Assembly (NCBI GenBank): GCA_040767965.1
Contig: JAXGNR010000004.1
Location: 512,001-576,000 of the forward strand
Length of the DNA stretch: 64,000 nucleotides
Source: Atribacterota bacterium
GTDB taxonomy: Bacteria > Atribacterota > Phoenicimicrobiia > Phoenicimicrobiales > Stramentimicrobiaceae
Direction of reading: 5' to 3'
Of this stretch, positions 33,907 to 45,161 are shown piece after piece (within the stretch, counting starts at the first letter, position 1; each line of letters starts with the position of its first letter). A program made the position numbers and the translations under genes. Under the pieces are notes generated by a model, which had not been told where the DNA came from, did not search any database, and saw only the letters and a list, made by a program, of their open reading frames with translations.

Positions 33907-34285
33907 TTGCGAAGTTAGCATCTTGCTAACAGAAAATGAGGAAATTCAAACATTAAACCATATTTACCGAAAGATTAACAAACCAACTGATGTATTGGCA
34001 TTTAGTATGAGAGAAGTGATTGATGAAGACTTGGTATCAGTAAAAGTTAAAGAAACAGATCTAGAAGATTGTTTATTAGGCGATATTGTAATTTCTACGG
34101 AAATGACCGAAATACAAGCAAAAGAAAATGGACATTCTTTTGAAAAAGAGCTAATTATTTTAATTATTCATGGCTTATTGCATTTATTGGGTTTTGATCA
34201 TGAGGCCGAAAAAGAAAGAGAAATAATGCAAGCAGAAGAGAAATTGATTCTTGAAAAGATTGAAAAGGATATTGGCATAAATTAA
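33806..34285 (+). CDS. ybeY: rRNA maturation endoribonuclease YbeY
   Basis: PTDVLAF, LGDIVIS and HGLLHLLGFDH. Confidence 0.96.
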   Translation: MKVLIKNKQKKQISLTKIKMVIRTILKMGKVKHDCEVSILLTENEEIQTLNHIYRKINKPTDVLAFSMREVIDEDLVSVKVKETDLEDCLLGDIVISTEMTEIQAKENGHSFEKELIILIIHGLLHLLGFDHEAEKEREIMQAEEKLILEKIEKDIGIN

Positions 34286-34425
34286 ATATTTATATAAGAT
34301 TTAAAAAATGTATTTATTGTCCATCAGTACAGTTTCAGCAGATATTGTTTAAAAGAGAAATATTATTTTAATCAGAAGGCCAACTTTGTTTATATTTCAG
34401 TTTAAATTACTTTTTATTTTATGAG

Positions 34426-35388
34426 ATGAAAAGATATAAAAATAATTGCTTTTTTATAATAGTGATTTTAATTTGTTTTTTTTGTAATGTATCTGATTTT
34501 AATTCCAGAAGAATAGAATGCTTTGCAAAGCATGAGCACGAGAACAGGCCAATTGCAGCAATGATTGGTAATTCATTCAAAGAAAGAGATATTCAAAAGG
34601 GTTTGGGAGAAGCAGATATTATTTATGAAATTCCAGTTGAATATCCTTTTACCAGATTGATGGCTTTATTTTTAAACCCGGAAGAAAAAGATATTGTTAT
34701 TGGTCCAATAAGAAGCAGCCGTTATTATTTTTCAAGAATATGTTCAGAATGGTCAGCAATATTTATCCATTGTGGAGGACAAAGTTTAAAGAATGAGAAA
34801 GTTTTAGATTTAGATGAAATGAATTTTCCTTTGTTATATTGGAGAGATAATAAAATTGGTGGCTGGATAAATTTGTTTACTAGTATAAAGAAAATACGAG
34901 AGAATACCGACAGTTTAAATAAATTGATGGAAAAATTTGGAAATAATAAATCTCTAATTAGAAATGCTGAGATAATTAATTCTGATTCAAAAAATGTATC
35001 CAAAATATCTATCAAATATAATTCTGATTATCAGGTGAATTATGAATATAGCAAAGATGATAAATTATATTTCAGATATGTAAATCAGAGGCCCCACATG
35101 GATAACAATGATTTAATTCCTATTAATGCATCTAGCATAATTATACAACATGTGCCAGTTGAAAAAATAGAAGATGACCTAGAAGGTCGATTAGACATTA
35201 AATTGGTAGGAGAAGGAATTGCAAGAATCTTTCAAAATGGCATTCAAAGAGTCGTTAGGTGGGAGAAGCAAAACATAAATGAAAGAACAGTCTTTTATCT
35301 AAATAATGAGAATGAAGAAATAAATTTTCAGGATGGAAATATCTGGATTCACCTTGTTCCTTCTGATATAGAAATTTGGTTAAAGTAA
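34426..35388 (+). CDS. DUF3048 (YerB-like) exported protein
   Basis: Hydrophobic N-terminus; RPIAAMIGN, GLGEADIIYE..VE..TRLMA, GPIRSSR, HCGG and GNIWI motifs. Confidence 0.75.
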   Translation: MKRYKNNCFFIIVILICFFCNVSDFNSRRIECFAKHEHENRPIAAMIGNSFKERDIQKGLGEADIIYEIPVEYPFTRLMALFLNPEEKDIVIGPIRSSRYYFSRICSEWSAIFIHCGGQSLKNEKVLDLDEMNFPLLYWRDNKIGGWINLFTSIKKIRENTDSLNKLMEKFGNNKSLIRNAEIINSDSKNVSKISIKYNSDYQVNYEYSKDDKLYFRYVNQRPHMDNNDLIPINASSIIIQHVPVEKIEDDLEGRLDIKLVGEGIARIFQNGIQRVVRWEKQNINERTVFYLNNENEEINFQDGNIWIHLVPSDIEIWLK

Positions 35389-35699
35389 TAAAAAAATAAA
35401 CAAATAAATTTTAGTAGAATTAAATTTTAAAGATATCAAAAGTAAACTCTAATCCTATTGCTTTTAAATTCCCAACTAGCGTAGTATAGAGAGTATTTTA
35501 GAAAATTTAACTATTTTTATAAAAACAGCGATTTTAATCTATAGAGTCTATAGAGAATGAATTATACTTGCAGAGGATTTCTTTTATAAATATTTAAATA
35601 GCTTAATTTCAGGTTTGATATTTTTATATTTTTCATATTTAGTGGTTACAATTATAATATAAATATATTATCAATATATTTAAGAATAGGTATTTTGAA

Positions 35700-36464
35700 A
35701 TGTCCAGTCGATTGTTTCGAACAAATGGCATAGTGTTAAAAAATTTTAAATTGAATGAATCAGATAAAATATTAACAATATATACTCAAAATTATGGCAA
35801 AATAAGGGCTATTGCGAAAGGTGTAAGAAAAACAAAAAGTCAATTTGGCAGTAGCCTTGAAAACCTGACTCTAGTTAATATTTTGGCATTTAAAGGAAAA
35901 AATTTGAATATAATAAGTCAAACTGAAATCATTGCATCTTTTTTTTCTGAATGTAAAGACTTATATCTTTATGGACTGGCATTACAATGTGCAGAAATTA
36001 TTGATAAAGTGACTGCAGATGAAGACTCAAATGAATCTCTTTATTTATTAGCAAAAGATGTATTTAGTTTCCTTAGAGTAGAAAAAAACCCTTTATTATT
36101 AATTGCTGCTTTTAAATGGAAGCTGCTATCCTTAATGGGTTATAGCCCCAAAATAAATTATTGTGCTAATTGCAACCAGAAGAAAGTTGTATGTAGTGAA
36201 AGTTATATGTTTGATATCCAAAACGGCGGAATACTATGTAGTGACTGTCAAAAAATACAAAGCTATTATAAAATCATTATTACCAAGTACTGTCTTCAAT
36301 TATTAGGAAGAATATTAGTTGCTGATTTAAGTAAAATACATAATAAAAAAGTTTCAAAATCAGATTTAGATGATTTAAATGTTTTAACTGACAAGTATCT
36401 GGAATATCATTTTGAAATAGTAAATTTAAGTAAAAATTTCTTGAATAGAATAAAGTTATTATAA
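35700..36464 (+). CDS. recO: DNA repair protein RecO
   Basis: GIVLK..ESDKILTIYT..GKIRAIAKGVRK and CxxC...GGILCxxC zinc motif; upstream of glyQS. Confidence 0.93.
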   Translation: MSSRLFRTNGIVLKNFKLNESDKILTIYTQNYGKIRAIAKGVRKTKSQFGSSLENLTLVNILAFKGKNLNIISQTEIIASFFSECKDLYLYGLALQCAEIIDKVTADEDSNESLYLLAKDVFSFLRVEKNPLLLIAAFKWKLLSLMGYSPKINYCANCNQKKVVCSESYMFDIQNGGILCSDCQKIQSYYKIIITKYCLQLLGRILVADLSKIHNKKVSKSDLDDLNVLTDKYLEYHFEIVNLSKNFLNRIKLL

Positions 36465-36502
36465 AAAAGAATTTTAGAATGTGAAATCATGCCAATCTTT
36501 TT

Positions 36503-36531
36503 TTGACATCATATTATGATTTTGCTATATT
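36503..36531 (+). promoter_or_regulatory. sigma70 promoter of glyQS
   Basis: TTGACA-17nt-TATATT with extended TG at 36523-24. Confidence 0.75.
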
Positions 36532-36672
36532 TATAAAGATGTTTTTACCCCTATTAGAATTACACATTATTCTGTGAATAAGCAAAAAATATATTTATTT
36601 AAAATAAATATATTTTATATACTATTCTATTTATTGATATTTTAAAAAATATGTTAATTGAGGAAACAGATT

Positions 36673-37548
36673 TTGAATATACAGGATATAGTTTTTAATT
36701 TACAAAGATTTTGGAGTAATAATGGTTGTATTATTCTAACATCTTATGATACCGAGGTTGGTGCAGGAACTATGAATCCAGCAACTTTTTTACGTGTGCT
36801 AGGGCCTGAACCATGGAATGCTTCTTATGTTGAACCTTCTAGAAGACCTGCTGATGGTCGGTATGGAGAGAACCCTAATCGTGTTCAACAGCATTATCAA
36901 TTTCAAGTTATCATGAAGCCTTCACCAGATAACATTCAGAATTTATATTTAAACAGTCTTGAAAAAATAGGTATTTACAGAAATGAACATGATATAAGAT
37001 TTATGGAAGGTGATTGGGAAGCCCCCACCTTGGGAGCTTGGGGGTTAGGTTGGGAAATAGTGCTAGATGGATTGGAAATATCTCAATTTACTTATTTTCA
37101 ACAAGCCGGAGGTATAGATTTAGAACCGATATCTGTTGAGATAACTTATGGATTAGAGAGGCTTGCAATGGTTATTCAACAAAAAGAAAATATATTTGAT
37201 TTGCTCTGGAATGATACCATTACCTACCGGGAAATACAACACCAAGCAGAAGTTGAACAGTCTTTATACAACTTTAAAGATGCTGATGTGAAAATGCTTT
37301 TAAGTTTATTTAAAATTTATGAAAAAGAAGCAAAAAATTTATTAACAAAAAAATTACCAATACCAGCATATGATTTTACCTTAAAATGCTCTCATACATT
37401 TAATTTGTTAGAAGCAAGAGGTGCAATAAGTGTTACAGAAAGAACTGGTTATATTTCCAGAGTAAGAGAATTAGCTAAAATATGTGCTCAGAATTATATT
37501 GAAAAAAGAGAAATCCTCGGGTATCCGCTAATAAAAAAGGAATGCTGA
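36673..37548 (+). CDS. glyQ: Glycyl-tRNA synthetase alpha subunit (likely TTG 36673)
   Basis: [30 protein letters not shown] and EITYGLER; GAGGA RBS 8 nt upstream. Confidence 0.97.
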   Translation: MNIQDIVFNLQRFWSNNGCIILTSYDTEVGAGTMNPATFLRVLGPEPWNASYVEPSRRPADGRYGENPNRVQQHYQFQVIMKPSPDNIQNLYLNSLEKIGIYRNEHDIRFMEGDWEAPTLGAWGLGWEIVLDGLEISQFTYFQQAGGIDLEPISVEITYGLERLAMVIQQKENIFDLLWNDTITYREIQHQAEVEQSLYNFKDADVKMLLSLFKIYEKEAKNLLTKKLPIPAYDFTLKCSHTFNLLEARGAISVTERTGYISRVRELAKICAQNYIEKREILGYPLIKKEC

Positions 37549-39669
37549 ATGAATAAATTGTTATTAGAAATAGGTCTTGAAGAAATCCCTTCAATGTATA
37601 TTGATAGAATTATTGCTGACTTGGAAAAAAATACAAAAGATATTTTCAATAAAATGAAAATTGAATATAAAAATATATATTCATTTGGGACACCCAGAAG
37701 AATCGGTATTTATCTGGAAAATCTAGAAGAAAAGCAAAAGGATGAATTCAGAAAAATAAAAGGTCCTTCAAAAAATATTGCTTTCGATGAAAATGGAAAA
37801 CCTACTCAACCTGCAATAAAATTTGCCCAGGCTAACAATTTAGCAGTTGAAGAATTAGTTGTAGAAGAAACAAACAAGGGAGATTATTTATTTGCCAGCA
37901 AAACTATTAAGGGATGTAATACTGTAGATTTGTTACCAGATATATTAAAAGATATTATTTCTTCTTTTAATTTTCAAAAAACTATGAAATGGGGAAAATC
38001 TTCTTTACGTTTTATTAGACCAATTAGATGGTTATTAGCTTTGTATAATGAAGAAGTTATCCCAATCAGTATTGAATATATTAAATCCGACAGAAAGACT
38101 TTTGGGCATTTACTGCTTTCGCCAGATTATATTAATGTCTGTTCAGTAGATGACTATTTTGAAAAAATAGAAAAAAGTTTTGTTATTATTGATCCAATAA
38201 AGAGGGAAAAACTAATTCGAGAACAGTCAAAAAAAGCATTAAAAAAAATTAATGCCAATAACTTGATTAATGAAAAATTATTAAAAGAAGTCAAGAATAT
38301 AGTTGAATTTCCCAGGATACTTACCGGCCAATTTGATGCTAACTACTTAAAATTACCCACCGAAGTGCTTGAATCAGTCATGATTAATCATCAAAAGTAT
38401 TTCCCGGTATATTCAGAAGAAGGTAATTTACTGCCATTTTTTTTAGTAGCAATAAATGGTAATGATTTAGAGTTTAGCAAAAAAATAATAACAGGGAATG
38501 AAAGAGTTCTAAAGGCAAGATTGGAAGATGCAATATTTTTCTATCAAGAAGATCTGAAAACAGCCAAGAGAACTTCAAAGCCTTTAGATGAAAAATTAGA
38601 AAAGCTAAAAAAGGTAATATTTCAAGAAAATGCAGGTTCTTTATTTGATAAAACTGAAAGATTGATTGCTTTATCAGAAAAATTAGGTTTTTTATTAAAT
38701 TTGGACACTGAAAAATTAAAAAATATTAAAAGAACAGCTCAAATATGTAAGACTGACTTAATTTCTGAAATGGTAAAAGAATTTCCTGAATTACAAGGAA
38801 TTATCGGAAAAGAATATGCGCTACTGCAAGGAGAAAATAAAGAAGTTGCTGATGGTATATATGAACATTATTTGCCCAGGTCTGCTAATGATTTTCTGCC
38901 AAAAACAGAATCCGGTATTATTGTCAGCATTGCAGATAAATTGGATAATATTGTTTCTTGTTTTCTGAATAATATTATCCCTGATGGATCGCAAGATCCC
39001 TATGCCTTGCGAAGGCAATCTCTTGGAATAATAAACATTGTAATAAATAACAAATTAGATATCCCTTTGGGTAAATTGATAGATTTGAATATTAAATTAA
39101 TACTAGGTGAAGATGATACAATTTATAATATACATAAACTGAGAAAAGATGTTATCAGCTTTATTCTTCAACGTTTTAAAAATTTAGCCCTGGAACAAGG
39201 TTATAATTATGATATTATTGATGCTGTATTGTCTAAAGATAATGATAATATACTTGATGTTTTGTCTAGAATCACTACAATTAACAAAATTTATAATACA
39301 AGTAATTTTGGTAAAATTATTACAGCTGCCACCAGGTCTCAAAATTTATCTAAAAACCTGGATAATGGATCTTATTTTATCAATGAAATGTATTTCCAGA
39401 CGGAAGAAGAAAAATTATTATTTAATGAATATACTAAACTAAGTGATAAAATAAATAATTCTTTAAAGGTTAAAAAATATAAGGAAATATTGCATTATCT
39501 GGAAGAACTAAACGAACCTTTAGATATTTTTTTTGATAATGTCCTGGTTATGGAAAAGGATATTACAATTAGAAATAATCGGCTGTCACTATTAAAAAAA
39601 ATTGCCGAAATTTATAATTCCCTTGCAGATTTATCTAAAATTGCTCTTGCAAAAGGCAACTTTAAATGA
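37549..39669 (+). CDS. glyS: Glycyl-tRNA synthetase beta subunit
   Basis: LLEIGLEEIP, TPRR, FIRPIRW, GNERVLKARLEDA, EFPELQG, DPYALRR and RNNRL. Confidence 0.96.
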   Translation: MNKLLLEIGLEEIPSMYIDRIIADLEKNTKDIFNKMKIEYKNIYSFGTPRRIGIYLENLEEKQKDEFRKIKGPSKNIAFDENGKPTQPAIKFAQANNLAVEELVVEETNKGDYLFASKTIKGCNTVDLLPDILKDIISSFNFQKTMKWGKSSLRFIRPIRWLLALYNEEVIPISIEYIKSDRKTFGHLLLSPDYINVCSVDDYFEKIEKSFVIIDPIKREKLIREQSKKALKKINANNLINEKLLKEVKNIVEFPRILTGQFDANYLKLPTEVLESVMINHQKYFPVYSEEGNLLPFFLVAINGNDLEFSKKIITGNERVLKARLEDAIFFYQEDLKTAKRTSKPLDEKLEKLKKVIFQENAGSLFDKTERLIALSEKLGFLLNLDTEKLKNIKRTAQICKTDLISEMVKEFPELQGIIGKEYALLQGENKEVADGIYEHYLPRSANDFLPKTESGIIVSIADKLDNIVSCFLNNIIPDGSQDPYALRRQSLGIINIVINNKLDIPLGKLIDLNIKLILGEDDTIYNIHKLRKDVISFILQRFKNLALEQGYNYDIIDAVLSKDNDNILDVLSRITTINKIYNTSNFGKIITAATRSQNLSKNLDNGSYFINEMYFQTEEEKLLFNEYTKLSDKINNSLKVKKYKEILHYLEELNEPLDIFFDNVLVMEKDITIRNNRLSLLKKIAEIYNSLADLSKIALAKGNFK

Positions 39670-39765
39670 TTTAATTTATAAGATAAATATTTTTAAGTAA
39701 AGTAGAAAATTTATATTAAAAATATACATAAACAAAAACCAATAATGGAAGGAGAAATAATTACT

Positions 39766-42405
39766 ATGAAGAAATATGTATACTTTTTTGGTGAAGGCAA
39801 CAAAGATATGAGAAGCTTATTGGGAGGTAAGGGGGCAAACCTAGCCGAAATGACCAATATGGGATTGCCTGTTCCTCAAGGTTTTACAATTACGACTGAG
39901 GCATGCATTGAATACACTGATGGCAATAAAAAATTCCCGGTGGGATTAAGTGAACAAGTAGAAGAAAATTTGAAAAAATTAGAAGAAAAATCTCAAAAAC
40001 CATTTGGGGATTCTAAAAACCCTCTTCTGGTATCTGTTCGGTCAGGGGCTGCTTTTTCAATGCCTGGAATGATGGATACTATTTTAAACCTTGGATTAAA
40101 TGAAGATACGATAAAAGGTGTTATCAAAAAAACAAATGATGAAAGATTTGCTTATGATAGTTATCGTAGATTTATTCAGATGTTTGGGAATGTCGTAATG
40201 GGAATAAATGGTGAGCATTTTGAAGAAATACTAGAAGACATAAAAAAGAAAGAAGATGTTGAATATGATGCTGATATCTCCGTAGATGGGCTAAAGGAAG
40301 TTGTAAAAGGTTATAAGGCATTAGTTTTAAAAGATACCGGACAAAATTTCCCAGACGATCCCAAAGATCAGCTTAATATGGCCATCGAAGCAGTATTCAG
40401 CTCTTGGAGTAACAAAAGAGCTGTAACCTATAGAAGAATTAATAAAATTCCTGATGATCTGGGCACAGCTGTTAATGTTCAGGAAATGGTTTTTGGTAAT
40501 ATGGGATATGATTCTGGAACAGGCGTTGGTTTTACCAGAAACCCTTCAACTGGAGAAAAAGAAAATTATGGAGAATACCTCTTAAATGCACAAGGCGAAG
40601 ATGTAGTTGCAGGGATCAGGACTCCTAAACCATTAGATGAATTAAAAAATGATATGCCTGAAGTTTATAAAGAGTTAATTGATACTGTAACAATTTTAGA
40701 AAATAATTATAAAGATGTCCAGGATTACGAATTTACTATCGAAAAAGGTAAGCTTCATATTTTACAGACTAGAAATGGGAAACGTACTACCCAAGCTGCC
40801 TTAAAAATTGCAGTTGATATGGAAAAAGAAGGCATTATTGATAAAAAAGAAGCAGTCAGTAGAATTGAACCAATACAACTTAACCAACTTTTACATCGTA
40901 GAATAGACCCAGAAGCTGTTATTGAACCAATTGCTAAAGGTTTGCCCGCTTCTCCTGGAGCTGCCTCTGGTGAGGTTGTTTTTACAGCTGATGAAGCTGA
41001 AGAAAAAGGAAACAATGGAGAAAGTGTTATTCTGGTAAGAACTGAAACTACACCTGATGACATTCATGGTATGGTAACTTCAAAAGGCACTTTAACCAGT
41101 AGAGGTGGAATGACCAGCCATGCTGCTGTGGTAGCAAGAGGTATGGGTATGCCATGTGTAGCTGGATGTAGTGATATTAGAATAAATGCAGCAAAAGGAA
41201 TTTTTACTGTAAAAGATAAAACTATTAAAAAGGGTGATTATATCACTATAGATGGTGGAACTGGTAGTGTATATTTAGGCAAAGTTCCAATGATTGAGCC
41301 AAAAATGAGCGAAGACTTTAAATTACTTTTATCCTGGGCTGACGAAATAAGAAAATTAGGAGTTTACGCTAATGCTGACACCCCTGAAGATGCTCAAAAA
41401 GCAAGAGATCTGGGTGCAGAAGGAATAGGTTTGTGCAGAACAGAGCATATGTTTATGGCTCCTGAACGTTTACCAATTGTTCAGAAAATGGTAATCTCTG
41501 ATACAAAGAAAGACAGACAAGAACAACTGGATAAATTGTTGCCTATGCAAAAAAGTGATTTTATTGGTATTTTAAAAGCTATGCAGGGATTACCAGTCAT
41601 AATTAGATTGTTAGATCCCCCTTTGCATGAATTTTTGCCAAGCTTTGAAGAAACTTTAGTTAAAGTTACAACATTAAAACTAGAGAAACCTCAAAATAAA
41701 GAAGAATTAGAAAAAGAAGAAGGTATTCTTGATAGAATTAGAATGCTGCAGGAAATGAATCCAATGCTGGGATTAAGAGGATGCAGACTTGGACTATTAT
41801 ACCCTGAAATATATGAAATGCAAGTAAAGGCAATAATAGAGGCAAGTGTTGAATTAACCAAGCAGGGAATCAAGGTAAAACCAGAGATAATGATACCTTT
41901 AATAGGTCATATAAACGAATTAAAGCCTATATATGAGAAAACAAAAAAAATAGCAAAAGAAATAATTGCTAAAGAAAAAGTTGACTTTGATTATAAAATA
42001 GGTACTATGATTGAACTTCCAAGAGCTGCTTTAACTGCTGATGAAATTGCCCAATATGCAGAGTTCTTCTCTTTCGGTACAAATGACTTAACTCAAACAA
42101 CATTTGGAATTAGTAGAGATGATGCTGAAGGCAAATTCTTGCTGAAATATGTTGAAGAAGGAATCTTAAAAGAAAACCCGTTTGAAGTTCTGGATACAGA
42201 AGGTGTAGGAAAACTAGTCCAAACAGGCGTTGAGCTGGGAAGAAAAACCAATCCAGACCTGGAAGTCGGTATTTGTGGTGAACATGGCGGAGAACCTAGC
42301 TCTGTTGAATTTTGTCATAAAATTGGACTAAATTATGTTAGTTGTTCCCCTTTCCGAGTTCCAATCGCAAGATTAGCAGCAGCACATGCTGTTTTAAAGG
42401 AATAA
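39766..42405 (+). CDS. ppdK: Pyruvate, phosphate dikinase
   Basis: LLGGKGANLAEM, SMPGMMDT, GGMTSHAAVVARG, FSFGTNDLTQ and GICGEHGG. Confidence 0.98.
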   Translation: MKKYVYFFGEGNKDMRSLLGGKGANLAEMTNMGLPVPQGFTITTEACIEYTDGNKKFPVGLSEQVEENLKKLEEKSQKPFGDSKNPLLVSVRSGAAFSMPGMMDTILNLGLNEDTIKGVIKKTNDERFAYDSYRRFIQMFGNVVMGINGEHFEEILEDIKKKEDVEYDADISVDGLKEVVKGYKALVLKDTGQNFPDDPKDQLNMAIEAVFSSWSNKRAVTYRRINKIPDDLGTAVNVQEMVFGNMGYDSGTGVGFTRNPSTGEKENYGEYLLNAQGEDVVAGIRTPKPLDELKNDMPEVYKELIDTVTILENNYKDVQDYEFTIEKGKLHILQTRNGKRTTQAALKIAVDMEKEGIIDKKEAVSRIEPIQLNQLLHRRIDPEAVIEPIAKGLPASPGAASGEVVFTADEAEEKGNNGESVILVRTETTPDDIHGMVTSKGTLTSRGGMTSHAAVVARGMGMPCVAGCSDIRINAAKGIFTVKDKTIKKGDYITIDGGTGSVYLGKVPMIEPKMSEDFKLLLSWADEIRKLGVYANADTPEDAQKARDLGAEGIGLCRTEHMFMAPERLPIVQKMVISDTKKDRQEQLDKLLPMQKSDFIGILKAMQGLPVIIRLLDPPLHEFLPSFEETLVKVTTLKLEKPQNKEELEKEEGILDRIRMLQEMNPMLGLRGCRLGLLYPEIYEMQVKAIIEASVELTKQGIKVKPEIMIPLIGHINELKPIYEKTKKIAKEIIAKEKVDFDYKIGTMIELPRAALTADEIAQYAEFFSFGTNDLTQTTFGISRDDAEGKFLLKYVEEGILKENPFEVLDTEGVGKLVQTGVELGRKTNPDLEVGICGEHGGEPSSVEFCHKIGLNYVSCSPFRVPIARLAAAHAVLKE

Positions 42406-42457
42406 GCTAATTGTATTTTAAAGCATTTAAAATAATAAGTTAATATTAAATTAAGAT

Positions 42458-42512
42458 AAGGTGGTTTCTCCTTAAATGTAAATATAAAAATGAGAAACCA
42501 CCTTGTGGTTTT
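42458..42512 (+). terminator. Hairpin after ppdK (weak U tail)
   Basis: AAGGTGGTTTCTC / GAGAAACCACCTT 13-bp stem followed by GTGGTTTT. Confidence 0.6.
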
Positions 42513-42570
42513 ATCAATTATTATCAAAATTTATAATTAAGCATATAAAAATTAAAAGGAGATATTTGCT

Positions 42571-44535
42571 ATGGTAACTTTAAAATTGTTGATAATTTTA
42601 AGTGGATTAATATCCTTGCTTTATGCAATGATTTTGGCTAAACGTGTTTTAAGTGAAAGTGCTGGAACTGAAATAATGAAGCAACTATCCCATTCTATTG
42701 AGATTGGGGCAATGACATTCTTAAAAAGAGAATACTCTATTTTGATATTCTTTGTAATTGCTATTGCTGTAATTATATTTTGGGTTAGAGGAAGCATTAC
42801 GGGTATATCTTTTATTTTAGGTGCTTTTTGTTCAGCATTAGCAGGTTTTATTGGAATGAAAATTGCTACCAAATCAAATTCCAGAACTACATATGCTGCT
42901 GAGCAATCCGGGCTAGCAAAAGCATTAAAAATTGCATTTTCTGGTGGAGCTGTTATGGGAATGTCTGTTGCTGGATTTGGATTGGTTGGAGTAGGGATAT
43001 TATACTATTTCTTTGAAGACCCAAATATGATTAATGGCTTTGCATTAGGAGCAAGTTCTATTGCTCTATTTGCAAGAGTTGGTGGTGGTATTTATACTAA
43101 AGCTGCTGATGTGGGAGCAGACTTGGTAGGCAAAGTAGAAGCAGGGATTCCTGAAGATGACCCTAGAAATCCAGCAGTAATTGCTGATAATGTAGGTGAT
43201 AATGTAGGTGATGTGGCAGGAATGGGAGCAGATTTATTTGAATCATTTGTAGGTTCAATTATATCCTGTATGATTTTAGGCAGCATTTTACAAAATTCAA
43301 TCACATATGTCATTTATCCTCTATTATTAGCTTCATGTGGTGTAATATCTGTAATAATAGCTACCTTCTTTATTTCACCCAAAGATAATCAAAGTATTCA
43401 TAAGGCTTTAAATTCCGGTACCTATATCAGTGGATTTTTGGTAATAATTGCGGCTTTTATACTTTCTTATACCTTATTTGGTAATATGGCTATATTTTTT
43501 GCAACAATATCAGGTTTGATTGCAGGAGTTGGCATTGGTTTTATTACTGAATACTATACATCTTATGATTATAAACCAGTAAAAAGAATTGCAGAAGCTT
43601 CATTAACTGGTGCTGCAACAACAATTATTGAAGGATTTGCCGTGGGTTTAAAGAGCACTGCTCTGCCTATAATGGTTATATGCCTTGCTATTTATTTGTC
43701 ACATCATTTTGCTGGACTATACGGTATATCCGTAGCAGCAGTAGGTATGTTGTCTATTGTCGGAATGACTGTTTCTGTGGACTCATATGGTCCAATTGCT
43801 GATAATGCTGGTGGTATTGCAGAAATGGCAGCTTTAAAACATGAAGTTCGTGAAATTACTGATTCATTAGACGCTGTTGGTAACACAACTGCAGCTATTG
43901 GGAAAGGGTTTGCAATTGGATCAGCTGCCTTAACCGCTCTTGCTTTATTTGCTGCATACAGTAAATCAGTAGATATCAGTGTCATTAGCATTACCAATCC
44001 CATGGTTATGATTGGAATATTTATTGGTGGCATATTACCATTTGTTTTTGCTGCAATGACTATTGAAGCAGTTGGTAAAACAGCTTCTCTAATGATTGCT
44101 GAAGTAAGAAGACAATTCAAAGAAATACCTGGATTAAGAGAAGGAAAGGCCAAGCCAGAACCAGAAAAATGCGTAGACATTAGTACTAAAGGCGCCTTAA
44201 AAGAAATGATCATACCTGGATTAATAGCTGTAATAGCTCCAATATTAGTTGGAATAACTCTTGGAGCCGAAGCATTAGGAGGACTTCTACTTGGATCTGT
44301 AGTAGTAGGAGTATTTTTAGCAATAATGATGGCTAATGCGGGCGGTGCATGGGATAATGCCAAGAAATATATTGAAAAAGGAAATTATGGTGGAAAAAAT
44401 TCACCTGCTCATCAAGCCGGTGTAATTGGAGATACAGTTGGAGATCCATTTAAAGATACGGCTGGACCTTCTATGAATATCTTAATCAAAGTCATGTCAA
44501 TTGTTTCTTTGGTTTTTATACCCCTATTTTTATAG
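42571..44535 (+). CDS. hppA: Membrane pyrophosphatase, K+-dependent, probably Na+-translocating
   Basis: [40 protein letters not shown] and [11 protein letters not shown]; multi-TM. Confidence 0.95.
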   Translation: MVTLKLLIILSGLISLLYAMILAKRVLSESAGTEIMKQLSHSIEIGAMTFLKREYSILIFFVIAIAVIIFWVRGSITGISFILGAFCSALAGFIGMKIATKSNSRTTYAAEQSGLAKALKIAFSGGAVMGMSVAGFGLVGVGILYYFFEDPNMINGFALGASSIALFARVGGGIYTKAADVGADLVGKVEAGIPEDDPRNPAVIADNVGDNVGDVAGMGADLFESFVGSIISCMILGSILQNSITYVIYPLLLASCGVISVIIATFFISPKDNQSIHKALNSGTYISGFLVIIAAFILSYTLFGNMAIFFATISGLIAGVGIGFITEYYTSYDYKPVKRIAEASLTGAATTIIEGFAVGLKSTALPIMVICLAIYLSHHFAGLYGISVAAVGMLSIVGMTVSVDSYGPIADNAGGIAEMAALKHEVREITDSLDAVGNTTAAIGKGFAIGSAALTALALFAAYSKSVDISVISITNPMVMIGIFIGGILPFVFAAMTIEAVGKTASLMIAEVRRQFKEIPGLREGKAKPEPEKCVDISTKGALKEMIIPGLIAVIAPILVGITLGAEALGGLLLGSVVVGVFLAIMMANAGGAWDNAKKYIEKGNYGGKNSPAHQAGVIGDTVGDPFKDTAGPSMNILIKVMSIVSLVFIPLFL

Positions 44536-44614
44536 ATATTAATATTTGTAATTAAAAAGACCGATAACCAATATATGATTAACTAATCTTTGTTTTAACG
44601 ATAAAATTATGACT

Positions 44615-44676
44615 AAAATAATATTGCCTGATTTGTTTAATATTCTAACAAATCGGGCAATATTATTTTGATTTTT
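44615..44676 (+). terminator. Terminator after hppA
   Basis: AAAATAATATTGCCTGATTTGTT / AACAAATCGGGCAATATTATTTT 23-bp stem followed by a T-rich tail. Confidence 0.8.
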
Positions 44677-45161
44677 ACTTCGATAAAAAATACAATAATT
44701 ACAATCAAGATTGGAATTGATAAAATTATATTTTAACATTGTAAATAACAGAAACAATAATACCATAAAATATAACTTAACTGAAAAGGTTATGAAATTG
44801 CATTTAAAATATTTAAATAGTTTTCAGTAATTATTTTTTCATATTTTCCACAAGTTTTCTGTTTTTTTAAAAAACCTATAAATTATTTTAATGTATATTT
44901 ATTTGTTGCAGGAATTAAAAATAGAAAAAATAATATAGGCTCACTGTAATCTATGGCAACTGTGGATTATAATGATATAATTAAAAATAAATAAATATTT
45001 AGATATCCAAAATATTATATAATATTAAAATGATTTCCGGAAAAGAATTAAGACCATAAAACATGTTTCTTTAAATGAATAATTATTAAATTAAAGAACA
45101 TCAAAAAAGCAATGAATTTATTGTTCAAGTCATTTAAATAATTTAATAATTGGGGAAATTT

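Noticed and set aside
35538-35554. TCTATAGA-G-TCTATAGA palindrome upstream of recO
   Set aside because: A single occurrence with no match to an operator I recognise (not a LexA box); plausible by chance in AT-rich DNA.
44539-44766. 75-aa minus-strand ORF after hppA
   Set aside because: It crosses the hppA terminator hairpin and has no SD or recognisable motif.
44677-45149. Replication origin
   Set aside because: Only two DnaA-like boxes, no dnaA/dnaN/gidA context, and no switch in gene orientation.
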